A program made the position numbers and the translations under genes. Positions 63,561-64,000 of a stretch of DNA of 64,000 nt are shown here, piece by piece. The stretch covers positions 13,082,001 to 13,146,000 of the forward strand of contig CM119381.1 in assembly GCA_051294905.1 (NCBI GenBank), read 5' to 3'. The notes beneath the pieces were generated by a model, which worked only from the letters and a program-made list of their open reading frames with translations, was not told where the DNA came from and did not search any database. Position 1 is the first letter of the stretch; every line of letters starts with the position of its first letter. The stretch comes from Botryllus schlosseri (Eukaryota).

Positions 63561-64000
63561 TTCAATGTATTTCCGAGTAGGCCTTATTTGACGGGACCTT
63601 GCAGGCTGACATTCCACGCGCATCTTGAAAATGTGATTTAGCCTGCTATTGTGAATTCACGCCGGGCACGGAAGAAAATCACATATAAAAATATCTGAAT
63701 GAAATTGTTGCTGTACTTGGCATAGTTGCTGTATATTTAGTTGCAGACACCATGCGAGAGTACAAATGTATCAGGACATGGTAAAAGCTGTCGCGTTATA
63801 ATTTTGCAGCCAGCGGACATTTGACGTGTCACAATTATAGGTAGAATTTTACTAAGATTTATCTGATACCAGAGCATTAGAGCAGTACAGTACATCCTAA
63901 TCCGAGTTTCGTGCATACTCCTGATAACAAGGCTAATAATCATGTCATTACCTAAGTCAAATTAAATCAGCGTTAGAGCATTGGAGCAGATCTATAACAA

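Overview
This is eukaryotic, AT-rich genomic DNA. It is probably from an invertebrate animal (inference; the species cannot be determined). I found no prokaryotic genes, rRNA, tRNA or CRISPR array. The window is dominated by nested cut-and-paste DNA transposons: about 30 hAT-type non-autonomous elements or MITEs, many with terminal inverted repeats (TIRs) and 8-bp target-site duplications (TSDs) readable by eye. There is one almost intact 2.9-kb Buster/SPIN-like hAT element (23752-26646) whose ~601-aa transposase is broken by a single 1-nt frameshift, plus four decayed hAT transposase fragments. Less expected features: (1) a 1.33-kb P-superfamily-like element with a decayed THAP-like frame; (2) a 34-bp (17+17) hairpin with a 7-bp TSD that looks like a P-element excision footprint; (3) a MITE family carrying paired CRE (TGACGTCA) palindromes; (4) a foldback element built of 16-bp repeats; (5) a 310-bp palindrome; (6) a TIR-mimicking internal site hit independently by two different elements. 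Host genes are not confidently identifiable. Several short segments have good splice signals and can be chained in phase into an unidentified membrane or secreted protein model; these calls are low confidence. Most listed ORFs are repeat-derived or chance. A 197-N assembly gap lies at 8692-8888. All alignments were done by eye, with no database searches.
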